Assembly (NCBI GenBank): GCA_024276825.1
Contig: JAJRWI010000053.1
Coordinates: 1-64,000, forward strand
Source of the DNA: an archaeon
Lineage (GTDB): Archaea; Asgardarchaeota; Thorarchaeia; Thorarchaeales; Thorarchaeaceae
Reading direction: 5' to 3'
Length of the DNA stretch: 64,000 nucleotides
How positions within the stretch are numbered: the first letter of the stretch is position 1; every line of letters begins with the position of its first letter. Under the pieces are notes generated by a model, which saw only the letters and a list, made by a program, of their open reading frames with translations, searched no databases and was not told the DNA's origin. This document shows, one piece after another, positions 9,227 to 19,084 of this stretch. The translations under genes and the position numbers were made by a program.

Positions 9227-11238
9227 ATGAAATCGCTAAGACATAATGGTATACTCGTGCTTCCACCCCCAGAAGCACATGGTCTCAGCATATTTGTTCG
9301 GGGCGAAGAGATTAGGCTGACGCCAGAGCAGGAAGAAATGGCAATAGCATGGGTAAGGAAGCTGGGAACACCTTATGTTGAGGACCCCACATTTACAGCC
9401 AACTTTATGTTGGATTTTAGCAAGGTATTGGGATATAATCCGCCATTGAAGATTGATGATGTGGATTTTGACCCCGTGATCAAATTCGTAGAGATGGAAC
9501 GTGCCAAGAAGGAGGCGATGACAAAGGAAGAAAAAAAGGCTGCCCGTGAGGAAAGAAAGGCAATTCGAGAGGCTCTCAAGGAGAAGTATGGGTATGTCTG
9601 GGTTGATGGGGAGAGAATGGAGCTTAGCAACTATCAGACAGAACCATCAGGAATATTCATGGGGCGAGGAAAGCATCCTCTAAGAGGTAGGTGGAAGCGT
9701 GGAGCAACTCATAAGGACATCACTCTGAACCTTAGCCCAGATGCAGATACGCCAGGGGGTGATTGGGGAAATATAGTCTGGGCACCTGATTGTATGTGGA
9801 TTGCCAAATGGACTGATGAACTCACAGGGAAAACGAAGTACATCTGGCTTCATGATAGCACTCCAATTAAACAAGCACGAGAAGCTAAAAAGTTCGATAA
9901 GGCAATGAAGCTTGGGAAAAGAGAAGAAGAGATTCGTGCACACATTCTTGAGGGGCTACAATCCGATGATCCAAAGCGAAGAATGGTGGCTGCAGCCTGC
10001 TACCTGATTGACAGACTGAGCCTTCGAGTTGGTGATGAGAAGGACCCCGATGAGGCAGATACTGTGGGCGCAACCACATTGCGTGTTGAGCACCTCACAT
10101 TTCAGGGCAACAGAATTATCTTTGACTTTCTCGGAAAGGACAGTGTTCCATGGCATAAGGAGCTTGAGGTTTCGCCAGATGTTTTTGGGGTGTTTAAAGA
10201 ACTATATGATAAAGCAGTAGAACGTATGGAGTCATTCAAGTCAAGAAAAGGACGAAAGACAAAAGCAGACCCCAAGAAGATCTCTCAGATATTCCCATCA
10301 ATCAGGAGTACTCATGTTAACAAGTTCCTTGGCGAAGTGGACAAGGACCTCACGGCCAAAGTGTTCAGAACATTTCATGCAACAAAGACCATGGAACAGG
10401 AGTTGAAAAAGCAGAAGGTCAAGAAGACTGACTATGAGTTCATCAAGAAAGCGGCATTCAAGAGAGCGAACATGGAAGTCGCCCGAGTGATGAACCACAC
10501 AAAACAGGAGCCAAAGAGCTGGCCAAAGACCAAAGAAAGATACCAGATCAGGTTGAAGAAAGCAGATGAGAGAATCAGTCGTGCAAGAGCCAATCTGGAT
10601 GACAGGAGAAAACGACTGAGATCATTGAGAAAGAAGATTGTAAAAGAGTTGGAAAAGAAGAAGGAGTCTATAGCAAAAGCCAAGGAACGAGTTGAGCGAG
10701 ATAAGAAGAAACTGGCAGAGTTGAGGGAGAAAAGGGACAAGGCAAAAATGGCATGGGACAGAGCCAGAGAGAAGAGGAGAGGAGTGCGTGAGAGCAAGAG
10801 AAAGGGCAAACGCATGAAGAAAGAGAGAATGAATGAGGCTCAGGAAAGGGTGGAGAGGGCTAGGAGGACTTACGATAGGGCAGAGGCTAGCCTAAGGAAG
10901 GCAAGAGAGAGATATGAGAAGAGTAAGGCATTGCTTGTAAAGGCACAGGAAGCACTTGTCAAGTCTAAAGAGAGATCCAATGAGAGAATATCCAAAGCTG
11001 AGAAGTCGATCGCCACAGCAAAGGAGAGAGTAAAAAGGCAGAAGTCGCAAAGGAGAAGATCAAGATAGACTTTCAACTGGCAAAAGCTGGCAGGACATGG
11101 AATCTTGGGACCTCTTTGAAGTCGTACATCCACCCGAAGACTGTTTACAAGTGGTGCAGACGTGTTGGTTATGACTGGAGAAAGGTGTATCCTAAGACTC
11201 TTCAGAGAAAGTTCGCATGGGTTGAAACTGGGGGATAA
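9227..11238 (+). CDS. top1: DNA topoisomerase IB (eukaryote/TACK type); apparent single-base frameshift near 11035
   Basis: GRGKHPLRG, LRVGDEK, DFLGKDS, AKVFRTF, NH; the catalytic-Tyr segment GTSLKSYIHP..RKFAW lies in the -1 frame, ending TAA 11238. Confidence 0.9.
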
Positions 11239-11247
11239 GGTGAGAGT

Positions 11248-11796
11248 ATGTTTTCAACGGTGCATGCCGCATCAACCGTGGTGCTTGTTGGGATTCTGTG
11301 GTATCCACTTCAACCACCAGTGGATATCCTTTACATTGCAGTGGCAAGCGCAGTCCTACTCGATATGGACATCATTTTTGCAAGGGACAACGAGCATGGC
11401 CACAGAGACCTGTTGAGTCATTCAATGATCCCATGGTTCATCCCTCTAATAATATCATTATGGATACCCGTGTTGTTTTGGGTTGCGGTTCCAATCATGC
11501 TTCATCTTGTCCTTGATGCGATTGATGGGGGGATAATGCCATTCAATCCATTTAGTAAATGGCGGCCACCGCACATTACAATTGAGGGCGGGGGTGAGTC
11601 AGCACGTGCATATATTGCAAATTATTGGACTAGTGGAGTCTTTGATGTGTTGGAAGTAATAATAGCTGTTGGAGCTGTCATAATCAGTTGGAGTTGGGAC
11701 TCGGGCATCTTGTTTCAGATTGTAAAGTCTGCTGCAATGTTCAATCTTGGACTAATCATTGTACTGAGTGTCTATTTCAGAATCAGACCGCGTTGA
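11248..11796 (+). CDS. Membrane metal-dependent hydrolase (YdjM-like)
   Basis: H near N-terminus, LLDMD, GHRDLLSHS, HLVLD, PF.P pattern with TM segments. Confidence 0.75.
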   Translation: MFSTVHAASTVVLVGILWYPLQPPVDILYIAVASAVLLDMDIIFARDNEHGHRDLLSHSMIPWFIPLIISLWIPVLFWVAVPIMLHLVLDAIDGGIMPFNPFSKWRPPHITIEGGGESARAYIANYWTSGVFDVLEVIIAVGAVIISWSWDSGILFQIVKSAAMFNLGLIIVLSVYFRIRPR

Positions 11797-12609
11797 AATA
11801 TGATAGGCATCAATATGAAATCGAATGACATACCAAGGTGCTAACAATGACACAAATGGGTCTTTGGTGGGGTGCTTCCTGAGTTGCAACAATCTTTTGA
11901 TAATTCTCTTGTACCTCTTGTCAAGACCAAGCTTGTGGACAGATCTACTCAGAGAGCTTGACGTTTTAAAAACATAGAAATGACATGATAGGATACTCCA
12001 TTTCAATGACTCAAGAGAGTATCTGATTGCGTGTGACGAGAACATACAAATTAAGAGAGAACTAATGCTAAGTAGAAGGTTCATCAACAGACTTCGTATT
12101 ATCTGGAACATGTCAATTTGTAGCAACTGTGCATTCGACAACAGGTCTTTGCCCATTATTACTGCATAATTTGACAACATTCCATTTAGAACCAGATTGC
12201 TTGGTGCAAGGATGTTGGCAAGTATTTTTGAGACACCAAAAACCTCAGAGAAATTCAAGTTACGAAAGCTGCTCTCTCGGCATACAAAGCCAGAAATAAA
12301 CATCCCAGTTCTTCTGCTTACCAATTGCAAAATGTGGCTAATGATTCCTTGACTGTGCGTATCATCAGTGATTCTAGTGATGTAAGACTGCAGACTGTTG
12401 ATAGCTGAATCAGTAGATGAGTCATCGACAACAAAGATGACATCCACATCACTGATGTTCTCTTCAAAATCGCCCTGAAGACAACTACCAAAGAGAATCA
12501 CACTGATTATCTTCAAATTCAGATTCTTGGCCTGTAATAACACCTTAGTGGTACATTGTTCCACTTTGTTTGAGATGTGATGTGCTCGGCAAGACTGAGA
12601 TGTTAACAT
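11752..12609 (-). CDS. Pol-beta-superfamily nucleotidyltransferase domain protein
   Basis: ILFGS..GD....SDVDVIFVV; helical C-terminal half. Confidence 0.75.
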   Translation of the reverse strand: MLTSQSCRAHHISNKVEQCTTKVLLQAKNLNLKIISVILFGSCLQGDFEENISDVDVIFVVDDSSTDSAINSLQSYITRITDDTHSQGIISHILQLVSRRTGMFISGFVCRESSFRNLNFSEVFGVSKILANILAPSNLVLNGMLSNYAVIMGKDLLSNAQLLQIDMFQIIRSLLMNLLLSISSLLICMFSSHAIRYSLESLKWSILSCHFYVFKTSSSLSRSVHKLGLDKRYKRIIKRLLQLRKHPTKDPFVSLLAPWYVIRFHIDAYHISTRSDSEIDTQYND

Positions 12610-12683
12610 TATTTATAATGTATATCTGTGGCTTGTCAATATTTCGATGATTTTGGAATATGACTTGAAGTTTGCAAAAATGA

Positions 12684-12758
12684 TGGTGCGCCTGCCGGGA
12701 TTCGAACCCGGGTCACGACCTTGGAAGGGTCGGATCATAGCCCCTAGACTACAGGCGC
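12684..12758 (-). tRNA. tRNA-Gly(TCC)
   Basis: GCGCCTG/CAGGCGC acceptor, CGACC-CTTCCAA-GGTCG anticodon arm, ACCA. Confidence 0.95.
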
Positions 12759-12810
12759 AGTTTGCGATTTTGAGAGAATGTGGTGTCGATTTAAAGTCAC
12801 CGATAATATC

Positions 12811-13527
12811 TCATTGGGAAGAGAGTCTCTTATTGATAATATTGGTTCTTAGTGAATAAGCCCATAAGACCTCAGCACATACGTGCCAAGCCATCATGAT
12901 TTCCGAATCGAGGGCAAGATGAATGTCAAAGAGCTGTGTTGTTTCTTGAGAGAAGTCACCATGAGGAAATGCACCAACACCAACTATCACAGGAGTATCT
13001 ATGTCTTCAGGAAGTAGAGAGATGAGTTGATTGATGTCTGTCTTTTTGCCAGTTTCAATTGCCAATATTGTTGGTGAGTGGGGATGGCTGGATTTTATCT
13101 CATTGATTAGATTTTGAAGGGCCATATTTTGAATATTGAGTAGTGAGTCGCCAGAGAGAGGCACTCGTCCGTTAATCATCAACTGTTCCATGAGACCCAC
13201 AAAGCGGGAATAATTACGTGGAAGTCTTACTGTCGGGTCAATAACGATGATTCGACCATCTTGCAGATGAATATATGATTGTAAGAAACCACTCTTACAA
13301 AGTGGGGTTTCCATCAGGGTCATGAGTGATAGATGGACAATGTCTGGGCGCCCGCGGCGTTCATGATCATCCAGCCTGAGCATTGCTTTTCCATGAACCG
13401 CTTGGTCAAGAAGTAATTCTTGAGGCTTCTTACCCCTACGGCTGGCACTCCGCTGTACCTGTTTGAGGGCATACATTTCAGGAGGGATGAGTTCTATTGG
13501 GCTCTCTAAGAGAATCAGATGAAGCAT
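12811..13527 (-). CDS. nep1: SSU rRNA pseudouridine methyltransferase Nep1/Emg1
   Basis: RGRPDIVH, RLPRNYSRFVGLMEQL, VGAFPHGDF. Confidence 0.95.
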   Translation of the reverse strand: MLHLILLESPIELIPPEMYALKQVQRSASRRGKKPQELLLDQAVHGKAMLRLDDHERRGRPDIVHLSLMTLMETPLCKSGFLQSYIHLQDGRIIVIDPTVRLPRNYSRFVGLMEQLMINGRVPLSGDSLLNIQNMALQNLINEIKSSHPHSPTILAIETGKKTDINQLISLLPEDIDTPVIVGVGAFPHGDFSQETTQLFDIHLALDSEIMMAWHVCAEVLWAYSLRTNIINKRLSSQ

Positions 13528-13591
13528 GTTAATGACCAATGCGAATACTATTTCAATCAATTTAAGCAGTTTGTAAGTGTGGAATCAACTG

Positions 13592-13912
13592 ATGCCAAGA
13601 AGAAGACCAAGAGGGACCAGTGTAAGACGGATGGCACGAGCCAGAGTTGATAGATTATGGGAAATGGCATGTGAGTGTGAAGACCCCACACTTGCAAAGA
13701 GATACATCAGTATTGCAAGAAGAGTCGCTCAAAAGGCACGGATAAAGATTCCAAGAGATATCAAAAGAAGGATATGCAAGAAGTGCAATTCTGTCCTCAT
13801 TCCTGGCAAAAACTGTAGGGTCAGGATGAGAACAAACAGGTCAAGTCATATCACTGTCACTTGTTTCACCTGTGGGGCAATTCGAAGATATTATGTCAGA
13901 AGGCAATGTTAA
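13592..13912 (+). CDS. rnp4: RNase P protein Rpp21
   Basis: RY...ARR, KRRICKKC...L.PG, TCFTCG..RRY. Confidence 0.95.
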   Translation: MPRRRPRGTSVRRMARARVDRLWEMACECEDPTLAKRYISIARRVAQKARIKIPRDIKRRICKKCNSVLIPGKNCRVRMRTNRSSHITVTCFTCGAIRRYYVRRQC

Positions 13913-13945
13913 TTTGTGTATTGTTTAAAAATAGTGTGAATATAA

Positions 13946-14221
13946 ATGCCAGAGCTGAAGGTTGATCAGACTAGAATTAAACTTGCATGGAACGAGCCCG
14001 TCTTATTGCAGATTGGAAAGAGTGGAATAACTGACGGAACCATCAAAGAGGCGAAGAGGCTTCTAAAGACTCATAAATACATCAAGGTCAGGTTATTACG
14101 AAGCACAGGAGATGACAGGCATACAAAGAAGGCAGTGTTCGAAGAACTCTGCAGGCTAACTGGAGCAGAACTTGCTGGAGTACGAGGCTTCACTGCAGTG
14201 ATATACAAACTTCGCAATTAG
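13946..14221 (+). CDS. yhbY: YhbY/CRM RNA-binding protein
   Basis: QIGKSGIT..E....L..H..IKV, RGFTAVIYK; conserved position after rpp21. Confidence 0.9.
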   Translation: MPELKVDQTRIKLAWNEPVLLQIGKSGITDGTIKEAKRLLKTHKYIKVRLLRSTGDDRHTKKAVFEELCRLTGAELAGVRGFTAVIYKLRN

Positions 14222-14284
14222 TCATGCCTTAGTCTTCGTCTGGCATTCAGATGTAGATGCTCCTCAGAAGAAGGCGGTCTGATG

Positions 14285-14296
14285 AAAATCCTTTTA
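14285..14296 (+). promoter_or_regulatory. Putative BRE/TATA of the S19e operon (AAAATCCTTTTA)
   Basis: Identical 12-mer at 22339-22350 upstream of the L11 operon. Confidence 0.55.
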
Positions 14297-14387
14297 TGTG
14301 GACTTTTGTCGGTTTTGCCAGCCTTCTGAGGTAGGTAATCGACCGAGTCTAAATACGATATACCTCAAATAGTATGGTGACAGACAA

Positions 14388-14840
14388 ATGCCCACAGTCT
14401 ATGATATTCCCGCCAATGTCTTGATTAAAAGACTCGCACAGGACTTGAAAACTCGAAAAGAGATCAGCCCCCCAGAGTGGGCCCTGTATGTTAAGACAGG
14501 TGCCCATAAGGAACGCGCACCTGATGACCCCGACTGGTGGTATATCAGATGTGCTAGCATTCTGAGAAAGATCTATCTATATGGTCCAATAGGCACACAA
14601 AAGCTCAGGATTCAATATGGTGGGAGAAAGAGAAGAGGGGTCAAACCCAACAAGTTCCACAAAGGAAGTGGGTCCGTTGTCAGGACTGCTTTACAGCAGC
14701 TCGAGAGAGCTGGTTTCATCAGGAAACAGGGAAGCAAGGGCAGGGTACTCACAGATGTTGGGCGGTCGTATATGGATAAGGTGTCTGCAAAATTAAAGGT
14801 TGAACTAGCAAAAGCAATACCAGGACTTGAGAGGTACTAG
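14388..14840 (+). CDS. rps19e: Ribosomal protein eS19
   Basis: PEWA..VKTG.HKER.P..PDWWY.R.AS.LRK, YGGRK.RG. Confidence 0.97.
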   Translation: MPTVYDIPANVLIKRLAQDLKTRKEISPPEWALYVKTGAHKERAPDDPDWWYIRCASILRKIYLYGPIGTQKLRIQYGGRKRRGVKPNKFHKGSGSVVRTALQQLERAGFIRKQGSKGRVLTDVGRSYMDKVSAKLKVELAKAIPGLERY

Positions 14841-14861
14841 AGTATAGTAGTTAAGGTGACA

Positions 14862-15194
14862 ATGATGAGTGAGGATGAGCTCGAGGAGATCAGAAGGAGA
14901 AAGCTTGCCGCTATTCGTGAGCAGGCTCTTCGTGAACAGGTCCAAGAGCATCAGAGAGCTGAGTTGGAGGCCCAGAAGGAGGCCATTCTAAGACAGATTC
15001 TCACTCCAGAGGCCAGAGCAAGATTGATGAATATCAAGATGGTAAAACCAGAGCTTGCAGAGCAGATAGAGCTTCAGCTCATTCAACTGGCAGGCAGTGG
15101 TAGACTCAGAGGCCGGGTGACCGATGAACAACTCAAGTCATTGTTGCTACAGATTCAAGGGAGAGAGAGAGAGAGAAAAATCTCATTCCGATAG
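14862..15194 (+). CDS. PDCD5-like DNA-binding protein
   Basis: [36 protein letters not shown]. Confidence 0.93.
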   Translation: MMSEDELEEIRRRKLAAIREQALREQVQEHQRAELEAQKEAILRQILTPEARARLMNIKMVKPELAEQIELQLIQLAGSGRLRGRVTDEQLKSLLLQIQGRERERKISFR

Positions 15195-15215
15195 ATAGGC
15201 TGCAAGGTGATAGTA

Positions 15216-15371
15216 ATGGCAAGAAACAAGCCGCTTGGAAAGAAGCTTCGAATGGCTCAGAGAATGAAGTCAAACTCGTCCGTCCCAACATGGGCGGTCA
15301 TGCGGACTGCAGGAAAAGTGAGAACAACACCAAAGCAGCGCAATTGGCGCCGTAGCAAGCTTAAGCCATAG
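15216..15371 (+). CDS. rpl39e: Ribosomal protein eL39 (not in ORF track)
   Basis: [51 protein letters not shown]; GGTGA SD. Confidence 0.95.
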   Translation: MARNKPLGKKLRMAQRMKSNSSVPTWAVMRTAGKVRTTPKQRNWRRSKLKP

Positions 15372-15384
15372 GAGGATGAAATGA

Positions 15385-15780
15385 ATGACTCCAGATGAGG
15401 AAGTAATAGAGGAGGAGCTCGTTGAAGAGAAAGAAGATGAGATTGAAACAGAAGAGATAGAGGAAGAAAGAGAAGAAGAGCATGTAGAAGCGGCGCCTGA
15501 AGAAGAGGAGGAAGAAGAAGAGATCATCGATGAGCGTATATACACTGTACCTCTTCGTAAAGCATATTGGACTGGCAGCAGGCTTCGTAGGGCCAACAGG
15601 GCAGTGCGAATCCTGAGAGAGTTCGTACAGAGACACATGAAACCAGAGGAGATTGTCATCCAGAAGGAGGTCAATGAGAGAATCTGGAGCAGGGGCATTC
15701 AGAAACCTCCTCGTAGGGTGAGAATCAGAGTGACAAAAAATGAGGACAATCTTGTACGAGTATACCTTGCGGAGGGATAA
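15385..15780 (+). CDS. rpl31e: Ribosomal protein eL31 with acidic N-terminal extension
   Basis: ERIYTVPLR, RANRAV..LREF..RHMK, VNE.IW.RGIQKPP. Confidence 0.95.
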   Translation: MTPDEEVIEEELVEEKEDEIETEEIEEEREEEHVEAAPEEEEEEEEIIDERIYTVPLRKAYWTGSRLRRANRAVRILREFVQRHMKPEEIVIQKEVNERIWSRGIQKPPRRVRIRVTKNEDNLVRVYLAEG

Positions 15781-15786
15781 TTCAGG

Positions 15787-16452
15787 TTGATCGCCCGAAC
15801 AGACTTCGAGGGCGATCCAAATGTGGGAGCCTTTGCAGTTGTCACCGATAGGTTTGTGCTCACATCACCGAACATGAGTGAGAAATCACTTGATACCCTC
15901 GAACGAGTCTTCAATATTCCTTTTGTCCAGTCCACAGTGGCAACTATGGATGCAGTTGGACTGGTCACTGCAGCGAACTCGAATGGGATAGTCTTACCAT
16001 ACACTATTGAAGACGAGGAACTGGAAACGATCAAGAGAGAGTCAGAGGTCAGAGTTGACTGGATAGACAGTAAGATGACTGCAATGGGAAATATCATACT
16101 TGTAAATGATAATGGCGCAATTTGCCATCCTGACTTTGATAGTATCGCAATTAGGAAGATTGAGGACACTCTTGATGTGGAAACTATAAAGGGGACAGTG
16201 GCACGACTAGTAACGGTTGGGGCTAGCACCATTGCAACTAACCGAGGGGCCATTGCCCATCCACTTGCAGCCGATGAGGAGATTGAAGTCATAGCGGATG
16301 TCTTAAAGGTTCATGTGGAAGTAGGAACAGTCAATAGAGGAAGTCCATATACAAGTCTAGGAGTATTAGCAAATAGTGATGGGATGATCGCAGGTTCGGA
16401 AACAACTGGGGTAGAACTTGCACACATCTCTCAAGTACTTGGATTCGTATAA
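15787..16452 (+). CDS. eif6: Translation initiation factor 6
   Basis: G.PNVG.F, GN.ILVND.GA..HP, GTVNRG, TTG.EL..I...LG. Confidence 0.95.
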   Translation: MIARTDFEGDPNVGAFAVVTDRFVLTSPNMSEKSLDTLERVFNIPFVQSTVATMDAVGLVTAANSNGIVLPYTIEDEELETIKRESEVRVDWIDSKMTAMGNIILVNDNGAICHPDFDSIAIRKIEDTLDVETIKGTVARLVTVGASTIATNRGAIAHPLAADEEIEVIADVLKVHVEVGTVNRGSPYTSLGVLANSDGMIAGSETTGVELAHISQVLGFV

Positions 16453-16470
16453 TGGTGAGGTGTCAACAAG

Positions 16471-16713
16471 ATGAGTAAGAAAGTCTGGCGAGCAACTGGA
16501 GAATATATGAAGGCAAAGAGAAAGATGTACTTCTCAAGAGAGATGATTGCCCAGAAGGAGGCACATGTGAGAGAGAGGGTTCTCTCAGAGTTGGGAAGTC
16601 GTCACAGAGTCAAGAGAAGAGACATTGTCTTTAAGGAGATTAAAGAGATTGATCCAAAAGAGGCCCAGAGCCTTGAAATTCGAAGAGCATTGGGAATCGA
16701 GAGTGAGTTCTGA
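16471..16713 (+). CDS. rplX: Ribosomal protein eL20 (LX/L18a)
   Basis: E...SELGSRHRVKR..I....IKEI; synteny after eif6. Confidence 0.9.
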   Translation: MSKKVWRATGEYMKAKRKMYFSREMIAQKEAHVRERVLSELGSRHRVKRRDIVFKEIKEIDPKEAQSLEIRRALGIESEF

Positions 16714-17150
16714 TGACAGAGGAGCAACAAAAGCTTCTCGAGAAGCTCTACATGGAGCAGAGGTTGCTGGAGTCAAACATCAGCCTCTTACAACAAAGAT
16801 TGGAGATATTGCAGGCATATTTGAATAATTACAAGTCGGGTCTCTCAGTCCTTAGGGAGCTTGAGAATAGAAAAGAGAATGAAGAGATGCTGATGAATGT
16901 TGGAGGAAATATCTTAATTCGGGCCAAGCTTGTCAATCCCAATATTGTCACTCGTGGTATAGGCAGCAATATCAGGATAGAGCAGAGCCTCACTGAGGCC
17001 ATCAAGAGCCTTGAGCAGTCTGTTGTGACCCTTGAGAAGGAATATGAAGAGACCTCTCAACAATATCAGAAGATGGCCATAACACTTCAAGCAGCAAGCG
17101 CCCAATTGCAACAACTTGCAGCCCAGATGCAGAAACCTCAACAGCAGTAA
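16713..17150 (+). CDS. pfdA: Prefoldin alpha subunit
   Basis: Coiled coils around E.L..VGG...I.AK....IG....E; synteny. Confidence 0.9.
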   Translation: MTEEQQKLLEKLYMEQRLLESNISLLQQRLEILQAYLNNYKSGLSVLRELENRKENEEMLMNVGGNILIRAKLVNPNIVTRGIGSNIRIEQSLTEAIKSLEQSVVTLEKEYEETSQQYQKMAITLQAASAQLQQLAAQMQKPQQQ

Positions 17151-17165
17151 GAGAGGACATCAATC

Positions 17166-18077
17166 ATGTTTGAAAAACTGCGTGGAGCACTAGACACAGC
17201 AGTGACCAAGGCGACTACAAAGGAGCTTAACGAGAAGAATCTTGCTGATGCAGTATGGGAGCTTCAACTGGTACTTATCCAGAATGATGTTGCAGTTGAA
17301 GTTGCGGAGCATATATGTAATCTCACTAAGAAGAAACTACTTGGTAAGAGAACAGGGCGTCTTGAAAATGTGAAGAAATTGTTCAAGACTGCTCTTTTCG
17401 AGTCTATAATAGAAGTGTTGACACCCACCCACCATCTTGATCTTGTTCAGGCTGTACAAGAGAAGAAAGAGGAAGGTGAACCCTTATCAATCATGTTCCT
17501 TGGAGTTAATGGTACGGGAAAGACAACAACTCTTGCAAAAATAGCGCACATGTATAAAGAGAATGGATATTCGATTGTCATTGCAGCATGTGACACCTTT
17601 AGAGCAGGAAGCATTGAGCAGCTTTCAAGACATGCAGAAAGACTGGGCATCAAGGTCATCAGGCAGGATTATGGTCATGATGCAGCAGCAATAGCCTATG
17701 ATGCTATCAACCATGCAAGAGCCAGACATATCGATGTTGTGTTGATAGACACTGCGGGCAGAATGCAGACTAACAAGAATCTTCTTGAGGAGATGAAAAA
17801 GATCGTTCGAGTTGCTAAACCGGATGTCAAACTGTTTATTGGTGATGCACTCGCAGGAAATGATGCATTATCACAGGCAAAAGAGTTCAATGATGCGGTC
17901 AGCATAGACGGCGCAATCCTGACAAAAGTGGATGCTGACCCATCAGGAGGTACAGCATTGTCTGTGACCTATGTCACTGGTGCACCAGTGATATATGTTG
18001 GAGTGGGTCAGGGATACACAGACATCCAAAAGTTCGACCCAGAATGGTTTGCGCATCGGATTATAGGTGAGATTTGA
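17166..18077 (+). CDS. ftsY: SRP receptor FtsY
   Basis: GVNGTGKTT, DTFRAG, DTAGR, TKVD. Confidence 0.96.
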   Translation: MFEKLRGALDTAVTKATTKELNEKNLADAVWELQLVLIQNDVAVEVAEHICNLTKKKLLGKRTGRLENVKKLFKTALFESIIEVLTPTHHLDLVQAVQEKKEEGEPLSIMFLGVNGTGKTTTLAKIAHMYKENGYSIVIAACDTFRAGSIEQLSRHAERLGIKVIRQDYGHDAAAIAYDAINHARARHIDVVLIDTAGRMQTNKNLLEEMKKIVRVAKPDVKLFIGDALAGNDALSQAKEFNDAVSIDGAILTKVDADPSGGTALSVTYVTGAPVIYVGVGQGYTDIQKFDPEWFAHRIIGEI

Positions 18078-18146
18078 TTAATAGGTCAATTTTAATAATG
18101 ATTCAATCGCAAGCCAAGTCAGTCTAAAGACAGACAGGTGTTTAAC

Positions 18147-19073
18147 ATGAGTCTGAAGGGAAAGCACTTCATTGATTTGGCAGATTTTAAACGACATGAG
18201 CTGAGATATATTTTGGACACTGCTCATGATCTCAAGCGCAAGCAGAAACGTGGCGAGCCTCATGAACTTTTGAAGGGAAAGTCATTAGCCATGATTTTTA
18301 TGAAGTCCTCAACAAGAACAAGGGTTTCATTTGAAGTTGGTATGACACAGTTAGGGGGACATGCACTGTACCTCCAGCCCAGTGGCACACAGCTTGGTCG
18401 TGGTGAAACCATTGCGGACACTGCACAGGTTCTCAGTAGATATTGTGATGTGATAATGGCCAGGGTATATGCACATAGTGATGTTACAGAGCTTGCAAAG
18501 TATAGTAAGGTTCCAGTGATTAATGGGCTTTCAGACTTTCTGCATCCATGCCAAATCATGGCAGACATGCAGACAATTGAGGAGAGGAAGGGAAGTCTGG
18601 AAGGTCTCAAAATTATATACTCTGGAGACTCCAACAATGTCAGTAATTCAATCATGCAGGGATGTACAATAATGGGAATGGATGTCACAATAGCATCACC
18701 AAAAGGGTATGCACCTTCAGAAGAGATAATGAAGCGAGTAGATAGACTCAGTAAACTCTATGGTACAACAGTGGAAGTAATTCATGATCCTATAGAGGCA
18801 GTGAAAGGCGCAGATGTGATATACACTGATACCTTCTTCAGCATGGGACAGGAACGATCAAAGGAGAAAGAAGAAGCACTGATGCCATTTCAGGTAAACA
18901 GAAATCTTGTTGATCAGGCAAAGAATGATGTAATTGTCATGCATTGCCTTCCAGCTCATAGGGATGAGGAACTAACAAGTGATATAATGGACGACCCGAA
19001 ATATAGTGTTGTGTTTGATCAAGCTGAGAACAGGCTACATGCACAGAAGGCAATTCTCGCATTAATAGTATAA
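18147..19073 (+). CDS. argF: Ornithine carbamoyltransferase
   Basis: STRTR, HPCQ, SMG, HCLP, QAENRLH. Confidence 0.95.
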   Translation: MSLKGKHFIDLADFKRHELRYILDTAHDLKRKQKRGEPHELLKGKSLAMIFMKSSTRTRVSFEVGMTQLGGHALYLQPSGTQLGRGETIADTAQVLSRYCDVIMARVYAHSDVTELAKYSKVPVINGLSDFLHPCQIMADMQTIEERKGSLEGLKIIYSGDSNNVSNSIMQGCTIMGMDVTIASPKGYAPSEEIMKRVDRLSKLYGTTVEVIHDPIEAVKGADVIYTDTFFSMGQERSKEKEEALMPFQVNRNLVDQAKNDVIVMHCLPAHRDEELTSDIMDDPKYSVVFDQAENRLHAQKAILALIV

Positions 19074-19084
19074 GAGGCGGTCAA

